Under the pieces are notes generated by a model, which was not told where the DNA came from, did not search any database, and worked only from the letters and a program-made list of their open reading frames with translations. Shown here piece after piece: positions 1 to 11,868 of a DNA stretch of 64,000 bases. Every line of letters starts with the position of its first letter. Position 1 is the stretch's first letter. Origin of the DNA: Felis catus (lineage: Eukaryota); the NCBI RefSeq assembly GCF_018350175.1, contig NC_058368.1:107138001-107202000 (forward strand), in the 5' to 3' direction. Made by a program: the position numbers and the translations under genes.

Positions 1-232
1 ACGTATTTACTATGTAGCAGGCCCTTCTTTATGCATTTGTATAATCTTACTACATCTGCATAACATCTTTGAATGTTAAGAATTATATTTAACCCCATGC
101 AATAAATGAGGCAATTGAGGTTCAGAGAAATGAAGGGTCTTGCTAGGGTATATCGAATAAGCATCTGAACTGGCATGAGAAAATAGACTGGCCCAAGCCC
201 TATGCTCTTAATTCCTTACGTACCACTGCCTC
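1..232 (-). mobile_element. MIR SINE relic
   Basis: ccccatgcaataaatgaggcaattgaggttcagaga resembles the reverse complement of the MIR core. Confidence 0.65.
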
Positions 233-1009
233 ACAAGAAATTTCAATTCTTTGGGTCTCCATTTCTTCATCTGTAAAATAGGATGTTTGATTTAGATATG
301 TATACGATTTGGTCCTCATGATGTTAATTTTGTAATCGATCTGCAGTATATTATAAATGTATTTAAACACCTTCTGCCCCTTCTAAGAGTCCTCAGCTCT
401 GTTTTGTGTTTTAATAACAAAACATGGGATTTTATTTAACACATTGTTTCAGATCTATCAGAGCTCCCAGTAACTTAGCCTCTTCTTACCATCAAAGAGA
501 AAATCAGCATTGTGCTCTATATTCACAGTGTTGGCTTCCCTAACCAGCCCCCAGGCCCATTCATATTTTCCTTCATAAATAGGGATTTGAAGTCCAAGGA
601 CTTCTCATCCTCAACAACATGCCAAATCATATCCTTGTACTATAGCTAAAGATGTAAGAAGTGATGAGTTAGCTCTCTTTCCTTTGGATATTATAGATGA
701 CAGTTACTATAGGCATGAATATTTGCATCTGTTCTGTAATTAATTTTTTTTCCTAATTGGTGGTTTGATATTTTTATTCCTCACTTTTCTATTTCCTTTT
801 GAGAGGTCCTCTAATTTATTCTCTAGATTATTCTGTAAATTTTATTATTTTGTTTATTTTAACCAAAATAGGATTTTCTCTCTTAAAATATCTTTAGCAT
901 CACTAATATTTCATTCTAATGAATTGAAAAAGGAAGATTTGAATGTCATAGTTTTCTAGTTGTGTGACATTTAGCCAATTTTCTTCAGTGTGCAGGTTTA
1001 GAAGAATTT

Positions 1010-1522
1010 TTTTTAGGACTGATTTTTTTTTTTTTACAGCAGTTTAAGTTTCTTAGCAAGACTGAGGGGAAGTTAGAGAGATTTACCATATATCCTCTGC
1101 CCCTACACTTGTACAGTCTCCCACACTATCAACATCCCACACCAGGACTGTACATTTGTTATAACTGATGAACCTACGCTGGCAGATCATAATCACAGAG
1201 GACCGTAGCTTACATTAGGTTCTTCTTTTTTTTTTTTTTTAATGTTTATTGATTTTTGAAGGAGAGAGAGACAGAGCATGAGCAAGGAAGAAATCATGAC
1301 CTGAGCCGAAGTTGGACCCTTAATGGACTGAGCCACCCAGGCACCCCTACATTAGGTTCTTTTTTGGTGTTGTATGTTCTACAGGTTTAGGCAAATATAT
1401 AATGCCATGTATCCACCGTTAATGTTTCATGCAGAGTAGGTTTGCAGCCCTAAAAATCTTCCGTGCTACACATATTCCATCCTTCCCATACCCTCAGCAA
1501 TTCCTGGCAACCACTGTCTTTT
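1010..1522 (-). mobile_element. L1MC1-like 3' end, interrupted by a SINE
   Basis: Diagnostic motifs cactatcaacatcccacacc, tacatttgttataactgatgaacctac, gccctaaaaatc, cctggcaaccactg; paralogous to 57700-58310. Confidence 0.8.
1225..1347 (-). mobile_element. Can-SINE with internal deletion
   Basis: SINE head and tail joined directly; TSD tacattaggttctt at 1211-1224 and 1348-1361. Confidence 0.9.
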
Positions 1523-3657
1523 AACTGTTTTCATATTTTTTAGAACCGCTTAAAAAAAAAAAACAAACAGTTGATATTCTTTGATTCCTTCTACCAAGGT
1601 ATGCAGCCTGGTTTAAAAGAAGTTGAATAAAGTTATTTCTATTGCTTAAACTCCATTTCAGGGTTATTTCCTCCCAAGGAGTGTGTGTGTCACAACTCTT
1701 GATATAATTGCTGGTGTTTAGCTTACTGTTCAAAAATAGAAAAATTCTAATATTACTCCTTAGTTATTATCTTGTTTGAAAATAACCGAGTAATCGTGGT
1801 TTTTAAATACTCTTTTTTGGAAAATGTATTAGTAGTGATTCCTAATTCTAAAATCCACTTTGGAAATACTTTTAGGCTCTTATCTGAGACCTGATCCCAC
1901 AGCGCCCTCTGGGTGGGCTCTTTACTGAGTCAGGGTAGTCTTGCCTACCTGTGTGGGATTCATTGTTATCCTCCTGGGGTTGCTTTCCTAGAGAGCTTAT
2001 GAGCCCAGTCTCTCTGGCTTCTGAACTTTTATTTGAAGGTTTGAAGATGGCCTGAAGAATGGTAGGTAAGTTGTGTAAGCATGTTAGTTTTGTATAAAAC
2101 ATCCTGCTGCAAGAAAAACAGAGGAAGGTTTTTTGCCAAATTGCACAGCACTACAGAAGCAGAAAAGGGAATAGTTTTTACTTTCTTATTTTTAGTGGCT
2201 AGACTATAGTAGGAGTATAGACATGTTGTGGAAGAATAAAATCTTAGGTCTTTATTTTCCTTTGAAAATTATGAGTAAGACTTAATTAAAGATAGAAGGC
2301 AGATCCTGCAGTAAAAACAAGACTTGAACTCTGATGCTCTTTATGTGTAGCTGGATGTGCTCTTAATTTTTCTCACCTTTACTGACCCATAAGGGGGCTG
2401 AAGGTCTATTCAAGGGTGGGTACTATTAAACTCTAATTGTTTTTATTCATCTAAGATATAGCTATTTGTTTGCTTTCTCATCCTTTGTAGATATGGAAAT
2501 TTAAATAATGTAAATTTGAAATATTATAATATACCATAGTGTTGTCTTACTGTGTGTACAAGATTTATAATAGAGTGACACCCCACACTAACTTTTTACT
2601 TATAAAAATACTGTAAAATTTCAAAAATGGGTGATTAGGTTATTTGTTTACTTTATGACATTCCATGTGGGAACATTTCTATGGCTGGTAAACCAATAAA
2701 CTTGTTATTGGTAATCAGCGTTCATTGAATTACACTTTTTTTGGTTGAGGTCTTCATGCATGTGTATTTTGCATCAATTGTGAATACCATGTATAGTGCT
2801 CCATAAGATATTTCTAATGCCGTGAATGATTTGATAAAAGTTAGCTTATTCATTTAATCATGTACCCGAGTTACAGAAGATGGTGCAGACACAAAAGTGA
2901 ACCAACAAGATATGATAGCTTCCCCCATAAAGCATGCGCAGTGGTGTTACAAAGTAACATTTGGGTGAATATGGAAGGATACTTGCTTTCAGTTTTAAAA
3001 ATAAATTACCTCTGTTGAAATAAACTTGTTTTAACGGAAATATGGCCAAGCCAAACATTTTGGTATTCCCAGAGATAGGCTAGAAACTCTTAGGCAAAAG
3101 AAATGATCTTCAACTCAGATATTTAATTTGATAAATTTGCAACTTGATAAATTGGAGATTGTCAGCATTCAGTTAAACATTAAGCAAATTCCAAGTAAAA
3201 GCAAATTTATATTTCAGTTATTTTGATCCCTGCTCTTGTACTACTTATGGTCAATAAGTCCAACTGTGTAATTATATATTGGCAGATTTGGAATGTATCT
3301 GTTGCTTCTAAGTATCATTTGTGCCCTATAGTTACGGTATCCAGTGGGAGCCATTTTTGGGTCATGTTTTCCCCACATATTCAGAATGTGAGATAACTTG
3401 AAACAATAAAAGAATATTTCCCTCCTGAAATAGTTATTGTTTGGAAAATAGTATTCATAGCATCTAGATTATTGTATTATATATGTAATAACATAATATT
3501 TTGTCAGTCTATGTTTATTTTTGTTTTTTAAATTTTTGTTAGGTTTATTTTCCATCACCTGACACACCTATACCTTGCTAATCAGTCTAGAATATTTGTT
3601 CCTTTTCACTACAGTGTTGTTCCAGTCTTATGTCCTTGCTTATCTTGTCTTGTTCTT

Positions 3658-3903
3658 TTTTTTTGTTTTGTTTTGTTTTGTTTTTTTTAATTTTTTTTTT
3701 CAACGTTTATTTATTTTTGGGACAGAGAGAGACAGAGCTTGAACGGGGGAGGGGCAGAGAGAGAGGGAGACACAGAATCGGAAACAGGCTCCAGGCTCCG
3801 AGCCATCAGCCCAGAGCCTGACGCGGGGCTCGAACTCCCGGACCGCGAGATCGTGACCTGGCTGAAGTCGGACGCTTAACCGACTGCGCCACCCAGGCGC
3901 CCC
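3658..3903 (-). mobile_element. Young felid Can-SINE (SINEC_Fc-like)
   Basis: Full length, CpGs intact; TSD ttgtcttgttctt at 3645-3657 and 3904-3916. Confidence 0.95.
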
Positions 3904-4328
3904 TTGTCTTGTTCTTATATCCATTATTGAAAGTGGAGTGTTGAAGTCTCCTGACACTATTTGTCTTTTTACCTCTGTCTTCAGTTCTGTCAAAGTTTAT
4001 GTCATATATTTAGGAACTTTGATGTTTGGTGCATAATTATTCATAATTGTTTTATCTTCTTGGTGAGTTAATCCTTTTAATTAAAAAATGTTCTTTGTCT
4101 CTTGTAATTTTTTTAACTTAAAGTCTCTTTTGTCTGATATTAGTATAATGGCCCCGCTTTCTTTGGGTTCCCATTGTATGAAAAATGTTTCCATCCCTTT
4201 GCTTTCAGCCTACATGTATCATTAGATCTAAAGTGAATTCCTTGCAAATGGCATATTGTTAGAATCTGTGTTTTCTATCCATTCAGCTAAACTGTGTCTT
4301 TTGATTGAGAAGTTTAATCCAGTTATAT

Positions 4329-4551
4329 TTTAAAAAGGTTTTTACTGTTTATTTATTTTCGAGAGAGAGAAAAAGAGACAGAGCATCAGCAGAGGAGGGG
4401 CACAGAGAGAAGGAGACACAGAATCTGAAGCAGGCTCCAGGCTCTGGGGCTGTCAGCGCAGAGCCTGATGGGGGGCGCGAACCCACGCACTGTGAGATCG
4501 TGACCTGAGCCAAAATCGGACACCTAACTGACTGAGCCACCCAGGTGCCCC
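4329..4551 (-). mobile_element. Can-SINE
   Basis: Typical head (ccacccaggtgcccc on plus strand), (GA)n tract and T tail. Confidence 0.93.
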
Positions 4552-4649
4552 TAAGCCAATTAAATTTAAAGTAATTACTGATATGAAGGATTATTTCCAT
4601 TTAATTCATTGTTTTCTGTATGTCTTGCAGCTTTTTATACTTCCCTTCC

Positions 4650-4745
4650 TTTATTTTTTAAAGTTTTTATTTAAATTCCAGTTAGTAAACATACAGTGTA
4701 GTATTAATTTCAGGTGTACAATATAGGGATTCAGCACTTCCAACT
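4650..4745 (-). mobile_element. Short carnivore L1 3' terminus
   Basis: tttttatttaaattccagttagtaaacatacagtgtagtattaatttcaggtgtacaatatag resembles L1_Carn 3' end reverse complement. Confidence 0.6.
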
Positions 4746-5078
4746 TAATAGTATTTTGTTAGCCGTGTTTATTTTTGCACGAGAGTGTTAAAATGGAAAC
4801 TTTGGCTGAGGTGCATTATCAAGATAGATCTTGTTTAGGCCTCCCTCAGAGAGAACGCTGCTGTCACTCAGTACTCACCCTCTTTCCCAAATGATAAGAG
4901 TGAGCATGTCCTCTCCTACCCCAAGCATAGTGATACAGTCTTTAAGGAGATTTATTGGAGGGAATTCTGCTCTGCATTTTTACCCCCACCTTCCAACCAG
5001 TATTACCCTCTTCACCTCAGGTTAAGAGAGACAGGATTTAAGCAGGTCTACTCTGAGGGCATAAAATGAGTCCCTGAA

Positions 5079-5287
5079 GGGGCGCCTGGGTGGCTAAGTT
5101 GGTTAAACGGCTGACTTTGGCTCTGGTCATGATGTCATGGTTCATGGATTCAAGCCCCGCATTGGGCTCTGTGCTGATAGACCAGAGCCTGGAGCCTGCT
5201 ACGGATTCTGTGTCTCCCTCTTTCTCTCCCCATCCCCTGCTTGTGCTCTCTCTCTCTCTCTCTCAAAGGTAAATAAACATTAAAAAA
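5079..5287 (+). mobile_element. Can-SINE
   Basis: ggggcgcctgggtggct head, (CT)n, aataaa, A tail; TSD aaaatgagtccctgaag at 5063-5079 and 5288-5304. Confidence 0.95.
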
Positions 5288-5439
5288 AAAATGAGTCCCT
5301 GAAGTTTAGAGGTGTAGTAGACCACTGTCTAAAGCATGCCTGGAAAATCAAAATTGAATGCAAGTGAAAGAGTGGGTGCTTTGGGATAAAGCCTTACTCC
5401 CCACCTTTGATGGAGCTTCCCAAGAGGAATCTCACCCAA

Positions 5440-5860
5440 GTCCTCTCGCAGGTTGGATTCTTCAGAAAGCAGGTGCCGAGATGGAGTTAGCACAAAAGGT
5501 TTCTTGGAAAGTTAGCATCTGTGAAAGGAAAAGCAGGGAGGTGGGACGGACTGTGCCAGGGAAGCCATCAAACAGCCATGTGGGCCTGACAGTGTCTCTG
5601 TCAGCCCAATAGGGAGCTCTGAGCTGAGGGTACTTTAGAAGAGTCTCCTGTTGTGTGGAAATGGCCAGGTCTTTGTACCAGAGTCTTGGTCAGTCACGGG
5701 CTGGGGGCCACGTTAAGAAGACTGTGCCCTTGGCATAAAAGCTGAGGCAGACCCTGATGAAGCTGATGGCTGGAGGCTCTCCACTAACCAAAATCCTCAC
5801 AGATGGGTCTCCAGTGCTTTCTTGGAGGGAAATCTGAGTGGGGCATCTCCATTTGTAACA
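5440..5860 (-). mobile_element. LTR33-like ERVL solo LTR
   Basis: caggttggattcttcagaaagcagg...gagatggag...ctgtgaaaggaaa...gggagctctg...gaaatggccagg follows the LTR33 pattern. Confidence 0.65.
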
Positions 5861-6254
5861 AGCCCCCTAGCTTTTCTGTTTATACTCATAAAATGAAAAT
5901 CCTTTGTGTACTTTTAGTCACAAAACAGTCTCATCTAAGTAATTTAAAATTTCCAATCAAGCGTAGTAATTCAAAATGTTGAATTTCTTCAAAGGTTTTC
6001 TTTTCCCTCCATCCCCAACACATATTTGACTACTTACTTCTCTTTGCTCTTTAAGTTTCTTTCTACCACTTGACAGAGGTAGTTTCTCTCCTTCCAGTTT
6101 GGACCCAGAGGGGATTAGCATTAGTGGAAAGAGGAGATACTGCTGGGGTCTCTTTGACCCATTATGTGTGCAATTACTGCTTCTTTCTCATGAACTGTTT
6201 TGTAATAAATGGTACTTTGTTGAAAGAGGAAAAGTATTAGATGCTTTTGATGTA

Positions 6255-6470
6255 TTTTCATTTTTTTAATGTTTTTATTTATTTTTGAGAGACAGAGGCA
6301 GAGCACAAGTGGCAGAGGGGTAGAGACAAAGGGGGACACAGAATCTGAAACAGGCTCCAGGCTCTGAGCTGTCAGCACAGAGCCTGATGCGGGGGTCGAA
6401 CCCACGAACTATGAGATCATGACCTGAGCTGAAGTCAGACACTTAACTGACTGAACCACCCAGGTGCCCC
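6255..6470 (-). mobile_element. Can-SINE
   Basis: Full-length Can-SINE motifs. Confidence 0.93.
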
Positions 6471-7254
6471 AAGATTATTTGTATGTTTTCTCCATTCTGT
6501 ACTTTATATTACTTTTGCCCCCACTACCCTCTTGATTTTTATTATATTTATCAATTACTGGTCTATATCAATTAGTACAAATTAAGTGAGTAAAACAATT
6601 AACTATCTTAAATCCAAGTTTAAGTTGCAGTTGCCTGTATGTTAGGAAGGTAGTTTTAAATGTAAATATACACTTTTTTGCTTTAGGAAAAAAATATGTT
6701 TTAGCAAGTTGCAAAAAGAGTGAATGCGTTAGAAAAGAAGTTGCTGAGAGTAACAGATCTGATTTACTAAATCTTGCCTTGGGCTGCTGCTAAAATATGT
6801 CTGTACAGGAAGGTCTCCCAGATGTTTGTTGGCAAATTGTTTTAGTGTTTATTACTTGAAACAGAATAAACATTTATTGTGCCTAGTTGTATTTTTTTTA
6901 TGGTAGAATAATGCAGACATCAAGATTTGTGGGGGTGGCTATTATTGTTTACAAAGAACATATGAAATGGAAGCAAATTTTACCTCCTGTAACAGTGAAT
7001 ATTCTGATAGTTTTTAGCTTTTAATCTTGGCATAATTCTCCTGTGGGATACTCTATCATTATTAACTTCCTAAGTTATTCAGAATTCATCTCTTCCATAT
7101 TTATAAGGGGTACAACTTTACATTTTTTAAAAGAATGGTTCATTTCCCCAAATAGAAATCTGAGCACTGACAATTTTAGCAACATTTTATTATGAGCAAT
7201 TGTCACCATTCTCATCACTGACATTTAATTGGTTTCCTTTCAAAACCAAGAAAA

Positions 7255-8105
7255 GATTCAACCAGTGGATATTTATGGTGTAGGCACTATTCTAGTGGCT
7301 ATGGATAAAACCGTGAACAAAACAGACAAAAAGCCCTTCACTTCACGACGCTCATATTCTAGAGAGGTGAGGTAAACAATCAAAACTAAAAACATTTAGC
7401 ACACATGATGATAAGGGCAGTGTTGAAAAAAATGAAACAATATGTCAGGACAGAGAGTGCTGATGGGTTGGAAGCGAACAGTGTGTTGTAATTTTAAAGC
7501 CGGAAGTGGTCACTGAGAAAATGACATTTGAGTAAAGACTTGATGGAGGTCAGGGAAGGAGTCAGACAAATATCTAGGGAATGAACATGCCAGGCAGAGA
7601 GAACAGCAAGTGCAAAGGTCTTGAGGCAAGAACTTGCCTGGCATATTAAAGAAGGAGCAGAGAGGTCAGTGTGAGGGCACAGAGCGGGGAACAGAGCAGA
7701 TGAGGCTTGAGAAGTAATAGGGACATAGCAGGTAAGGTCCTGTAAAGTCATTTTTGGAACTAGGTCTGTTATGCTGAATGAAATGGGAGTGCACAGAAGA
7801 ATTTTTATTGTAGGAGTGACAATGGTATGACTTCTGCTTCAACATACATTGAAAATACAGTGTAGCAAAGGCAGAAAGCAAACAGATTGGGTAGGAGACT
7901 GTGTTAATAATCCAAGCGAGAGGTGATGGTGACCTGGACCAGCCATTGTAATGAGGAGACAGGGAGAAGAGGCCCTTTTTTGGAATATGCTTTGAAGATT
8001 ACGTCAGTGGGGTTTCCTGAAGGATTGGCAATGGAGATTGAACAAAGAATCTGGCCTGCCTTCAAGACTTTTGGTATTGAACAACGAAAAAGATGAATTG
8101 CCAAA
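7255..8105 (-). mobile_element. L2 (L2a-like) 3' fragment
   Basis: ggcactattctag...gtgaacaaaacagacaaaaa...tgacatttgagtaaagacttga...caggcagagagaacagcaagtgcaaaggtcttgaggc. Confidence 0.8.
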
Positions 8106-8506
8106 ATATGTGGTATCTCCAATTCACTCATAATCATGTATGCATGTGGCGCTCACTAGACACAGTACAAGGTATTGCTAGATAAGAGAAAAATAGATTA
8201 AATTGGCTGTAGTTAAAGTAAAGCAACATGAGGCTTATGGATGACCTTAGGCTGTATACAATGCTGAGAAAGCAAGTAGAAATAAATGACATAACACATA
8301 CGCCTCAAGATGCAGAAAGCAGAAAATGCACTGAGGTCATTTGCAGTGGGTAAAAATTATGGTGTGGAGGGGGTAATCAGTTCTGTTCTTGAAAATTCTT
8401 ATAGTTAGATCTTCAGCCACTTTGAAAACAACTGTTTCTAGCTAAATTCCTTTCTTTTCAAATTCAAATCAAAACCACGCTCAGATATCACCTCACACCA
8501 GTCAGA

Positions 8507-8980
8507 GTGGCCAAAATGAACAAATCAGGAGACTATAGATGCTGGAGAGGATGTGGAGAAACGGGAACCCTCTTGCACTGTTGGTGGGAATGCAAACTGG
8601 TGCATACACTCTGGAAAACAGTGTGGAGTTTCCTCAGAAAATTAAAAATAGACCTACCCTATAACCCAGCAATAGCACTGCTAGGAATTTACCCGAGGGA
8701 TACAGGAGTACTGATGCATAGGGGCACTTGTACCCCAATGTTTATAGCAGCACTCTCAACAATAGCCAAATTATGGAAAGAGCCTAAATGTCCATCAACT
8801 GATGAATGGATAAAGAAATTGTGGTTTATATACACAATGGAGTACTACGTGGCAATGAGAAAGAGTGAAATATGGCCCTTTGTAGCAACGTGGATGGAAC
8901 TGGAGAGTGTGATGCTAAGTGAAATAAGCCATACAGAGAAAGACAGATACCGTATGTTTTCACTCTTATGTGGATCCTGA
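8507..8980 (+). pseudogene. L1 ORF2 C-terminal 157 aa remnant with CCHC zinc knuckle
   Basis: [18 protein letters not shown] (C-x3-C-x7-H-x4-C), PMFIAAL, CPSTDEWIKKLW, MLSEISH. Confidence 0.92.
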
Positions 8981-9084
8981 GAAACTTAACAGAAACCCAT
9001 GGGGGAGGGGAAGGAAAGAAAAAAAAAAAAGAGGTTAGAGTGGGAGAGAGCCAAAGCAGAAGAGACTCTTAAAAACTGAGAACA

Positions 9085-9198
9085 GTTGATGGACATTTAG
9101 GCTCTTTCCATAATTTGGCTATTGTTGAGAGTGCTGCTATGAACATTGGGGTACAAGTGCCCCTATGCATCAGTCAATAAATTTCATATATATGAAAA
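9085..9198 (+). mobile_element. Miniature 5'-inverted L1 nested in the host L1 3' UTR
   Basis: 90-bp antisense ORF2 piece, then 20-bp sense L1 terminus and short A tail; TSD aaaaactgagaaca at 9071-9084 and 9199-9212. Confidence 0.88.
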
Positions 9199-10054
9199 AA
9201 AAACTGAGAACAAACTGAGGGTTGATGGGGGGTGGGAAGGAGGGGAGGGTGGGTAATGGGTATTGAGGAGGGCACCTTTTGGGATGAGCACTGGGTGTTG
9301 CATGGAAACCAATGTGACAATAAATTTCATATATTTAAAAAAAAAAAACAAATGGCATCCTAAAATCTGTGCAGCTAATTACTGTTGACATTGAAACTAA
9401 GAACAAGGTATGTGGTTGATGAGAATACTGGCAATCCTCAGGGTAATTCGAGATCACTGAGTGTGCTTTTCATTTAGTGCTGCTTCACATGGAGTTCACG
9501 AACATCACTGAGTCAGGCATGATCATCCTGAATTAAAAAGCTGTACATGGTAAAACTGTTACAAGTTACTCTACTCCATCCTGGTTGGTGAAAAATGTAG
9601 CTTTGGTTCCAGATGTACTAGCTGCCGTAACAAAATATAGGCAGATGTGTTTAGCATCTCACCCTTGTCCCACAGTCTAATGTAGCATGACAATAATTTG
9701 TGAACACTTCTCTTACAGTGTCTCCAGGACATCATGGAGAATTAATTAAATAATACCCATGAAGCATGCACTCTTCAGGAAATGTACGGAGTAAAAACAG
9801 TAGCAGCAACCTTCCCATACATACTCTCCATTAATTGTATCTTCTCATTTTGTGTATTGGAGATTACCAGATTTAAATTTATGTGCATTCTTAAATTCTC
9901 TAGATATGATGTCCCTAATATATCTGTTCCATTCATCTACTTAACATAACTTATTCAGAGTACCATATTGAAAAAGTATCTAAAATGCACAGAATTTGCT
10001 TTTTAAATGAGTGCTGTTTACAATTACTTTGGGTTGGTATACTGTAGATGCTTT

Positions 10055-10176
10055 TATATATATATATTATATATATGTATATACACATATATATGTATAT
10101 AATATATATGTATGTATGTATGTGTATGTGTATATATGTACATATATGTATGTATGTATAATATATATATATATAT
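10055..10176. repeat. Imperfect (TA)n/(TATG)n microsatellite
   Basis: Seen directly. Confidence 0.9.
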
Positions 10177-10629
10177 TAGCTCTTTTGCCAGATTTTTTTT
10201 CCTGTTTCATTGAGATATTATTGACATATGACATATATGTATATACTGGAAAACGATTTCCACAGTAAATTTATATAACATCTATCACCTCACATAGTTA
10301 GAAATTATTTTCTTGTGCTGAAAACTTTTTAAGATCTATTCTTAGCTACTTTCAATACAGTATTCTTAACTATAGTCACCATGTTGTACATTACGTCCCC
10401 AGAGCTAATTGATCTCATTACTAGAAATTTGTACCTTTTGACCATCTTCTCCCATTCCCTCTGCCCACAAGCAGTCACTAATCTGTCCTCTGTTTCTGTA
10501 ACTCAGCTTTTTTAAGATGCCATGTATAGATGAGATCATACAGCATTTGTCTTTCTCTGTCTGACTTATTTTACTTAGCTTAATGCCCTCAGGGTTCATT
10601 TATATTGTCACAAATGGCAGGATTTCCTT

Positions 10630-11404
10630 TGTAGGGGAGGAAAAATTATTTTCTTCTACGCTTTAGGGTCTTCCAGCTGGTCTGAAAATTAAGTTGACAT
10701 GAGACAGATTAATAGGAGAAAAAAAAAGTTTAATTATGTGCAAATGGAGGACCACTAATGAAATTGAGACCCAAAGACATGACCAAGGCGGGGTGGGGAG
10801 GGGGGCGGGTTTTATACTTTTTAGACGAAGGGACAATAAATCTGTGAGAAATTGACAAGACAGAAAAAACTTAGGAAGCTTCAGTTAGTAAAGAATTCTC
10901 AACAGAATTTGGACTGCACAGTAAATTAGTAAAAAGTAACTAGTGTTGTTTATACAGCCTCTGGCTCTCAGTTTCCTATCTCTGGTAATAAGGATGCCAC
11001 TTTACCTCCTAGTACAGGGAAGGAAGCTTTTATTTATTTCCTGCTTTCACCGGGCAGAAGAGGGTGCAAGTGTCCTTTTGGCCCAGGTTGTCTCTGAAGT
11101 AATTTTTATTTATTTTAAAAAAATTTTTTTAATGTTCATTATTTATTTTTGAGAGAGAGAGACAAAGCATGGGCAGGAGGAGGGGCAAAGAGAGAGGGAG
11201 ACACAGAATTCAAAGCAGGCTCCAGGCTCTGAGCTGGCTGTACAGAGCCCAACGCAGGGCTCGAATTCACAAACTGTGAAATTATAACCTGAGCCGAAGT
11301 CACTTAACCAACTGAGGCACCCAGGTGCCCCAAGTAATTTTTATTTAAAATAATTAATATGCCAAAGTGGCACATTGTGGGGTGGCCTGCGCTTGGCTCC
11401 TATA
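10630..11404 (-). mobile_element. ERV1-class (MER34-related) solo LTR, copy 1
   Basis: Ends tgtagggg and tcctata; 4-bp TSD cctt at 10626-10629 and 11405-11408; removing it restores L1 ggatttccttcttt; homologous to 14150-14679. Confidence 0.85.
11113..11331 (-). mobile_element. Can-SINE inside the LTR
   Basis: TSD aagtaatttttattta at 11097-11112 and 11332-11347. Confidence 0.95.
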
Positions 11405-11625
11405 CCTTCTTTCTATGGATGAATAACATTGCATTTCATGTATACTACATTTTCTTTATCCATTTATCTATTACTGGACACTTAGGTTGTTTCCATGCCT
11501 TGGCTATTACAAATAATGCTGCACTGAACATGGGGGTACAGATATCTCTTTGAGATACTGATGTCATTTCCTTTGGCGAGGGACCCAGAAGTGAAATTGC
11601 TGGATCATATAGTAGCTCCATTTTT

Positions 11626-11868
11626 ATTTTATTTTATTTTATTTTATTTTATTTTATTTTATTTTATTTTATTTTATTTTATTTTATTTTATTTTATTTA
11701 TTTTTTTAGATGGAGACAGAGTATACGAGTAAGGGAGGGGCAGAGAGAGAGGGAGACACAGCATCTGAGCAGGCTCCGAGCCCCACACGGGGCTGGAACC
11801 CAGGAACTGCGAGATCATGACCTGAGCTAAAGTTGGACGCTTAACCAACTGAGCCACCCAGGTGCCCC
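11626..11868 (-). mobile_element. Can-SINE with (ATTTT)n tail
   Basis: TSD tagtagctccattttt at 11610-11625 and 11871-11886; short internal deletion. Confidence 0.93.

Larger units (their letters stand above)
3610..4640 (-). mobile_element. Old L1 ORF2 endonuclease-region fragment, interrupted by two SINEs
   Basis: Minus-strand translation IVSGDFNTPLSIMD matches the L1 endonuclease GDFNTPLS motif. Confidence 0.8.
8460..9348 (+). mobile_element. 5'-truncated young felid L1 (ORF2 C-terminus, 3' UTR, poly-A)
   Basis: Open ORF2 tail, G-rich 3' UTR, aataaa at 9319 and A run at 9337-9348. Confidence 0.95.

Noticed and set aside
8450..9355. TSD for the host young L1
   Set aside because: Only caaat is shared between the flanks, too short to call.
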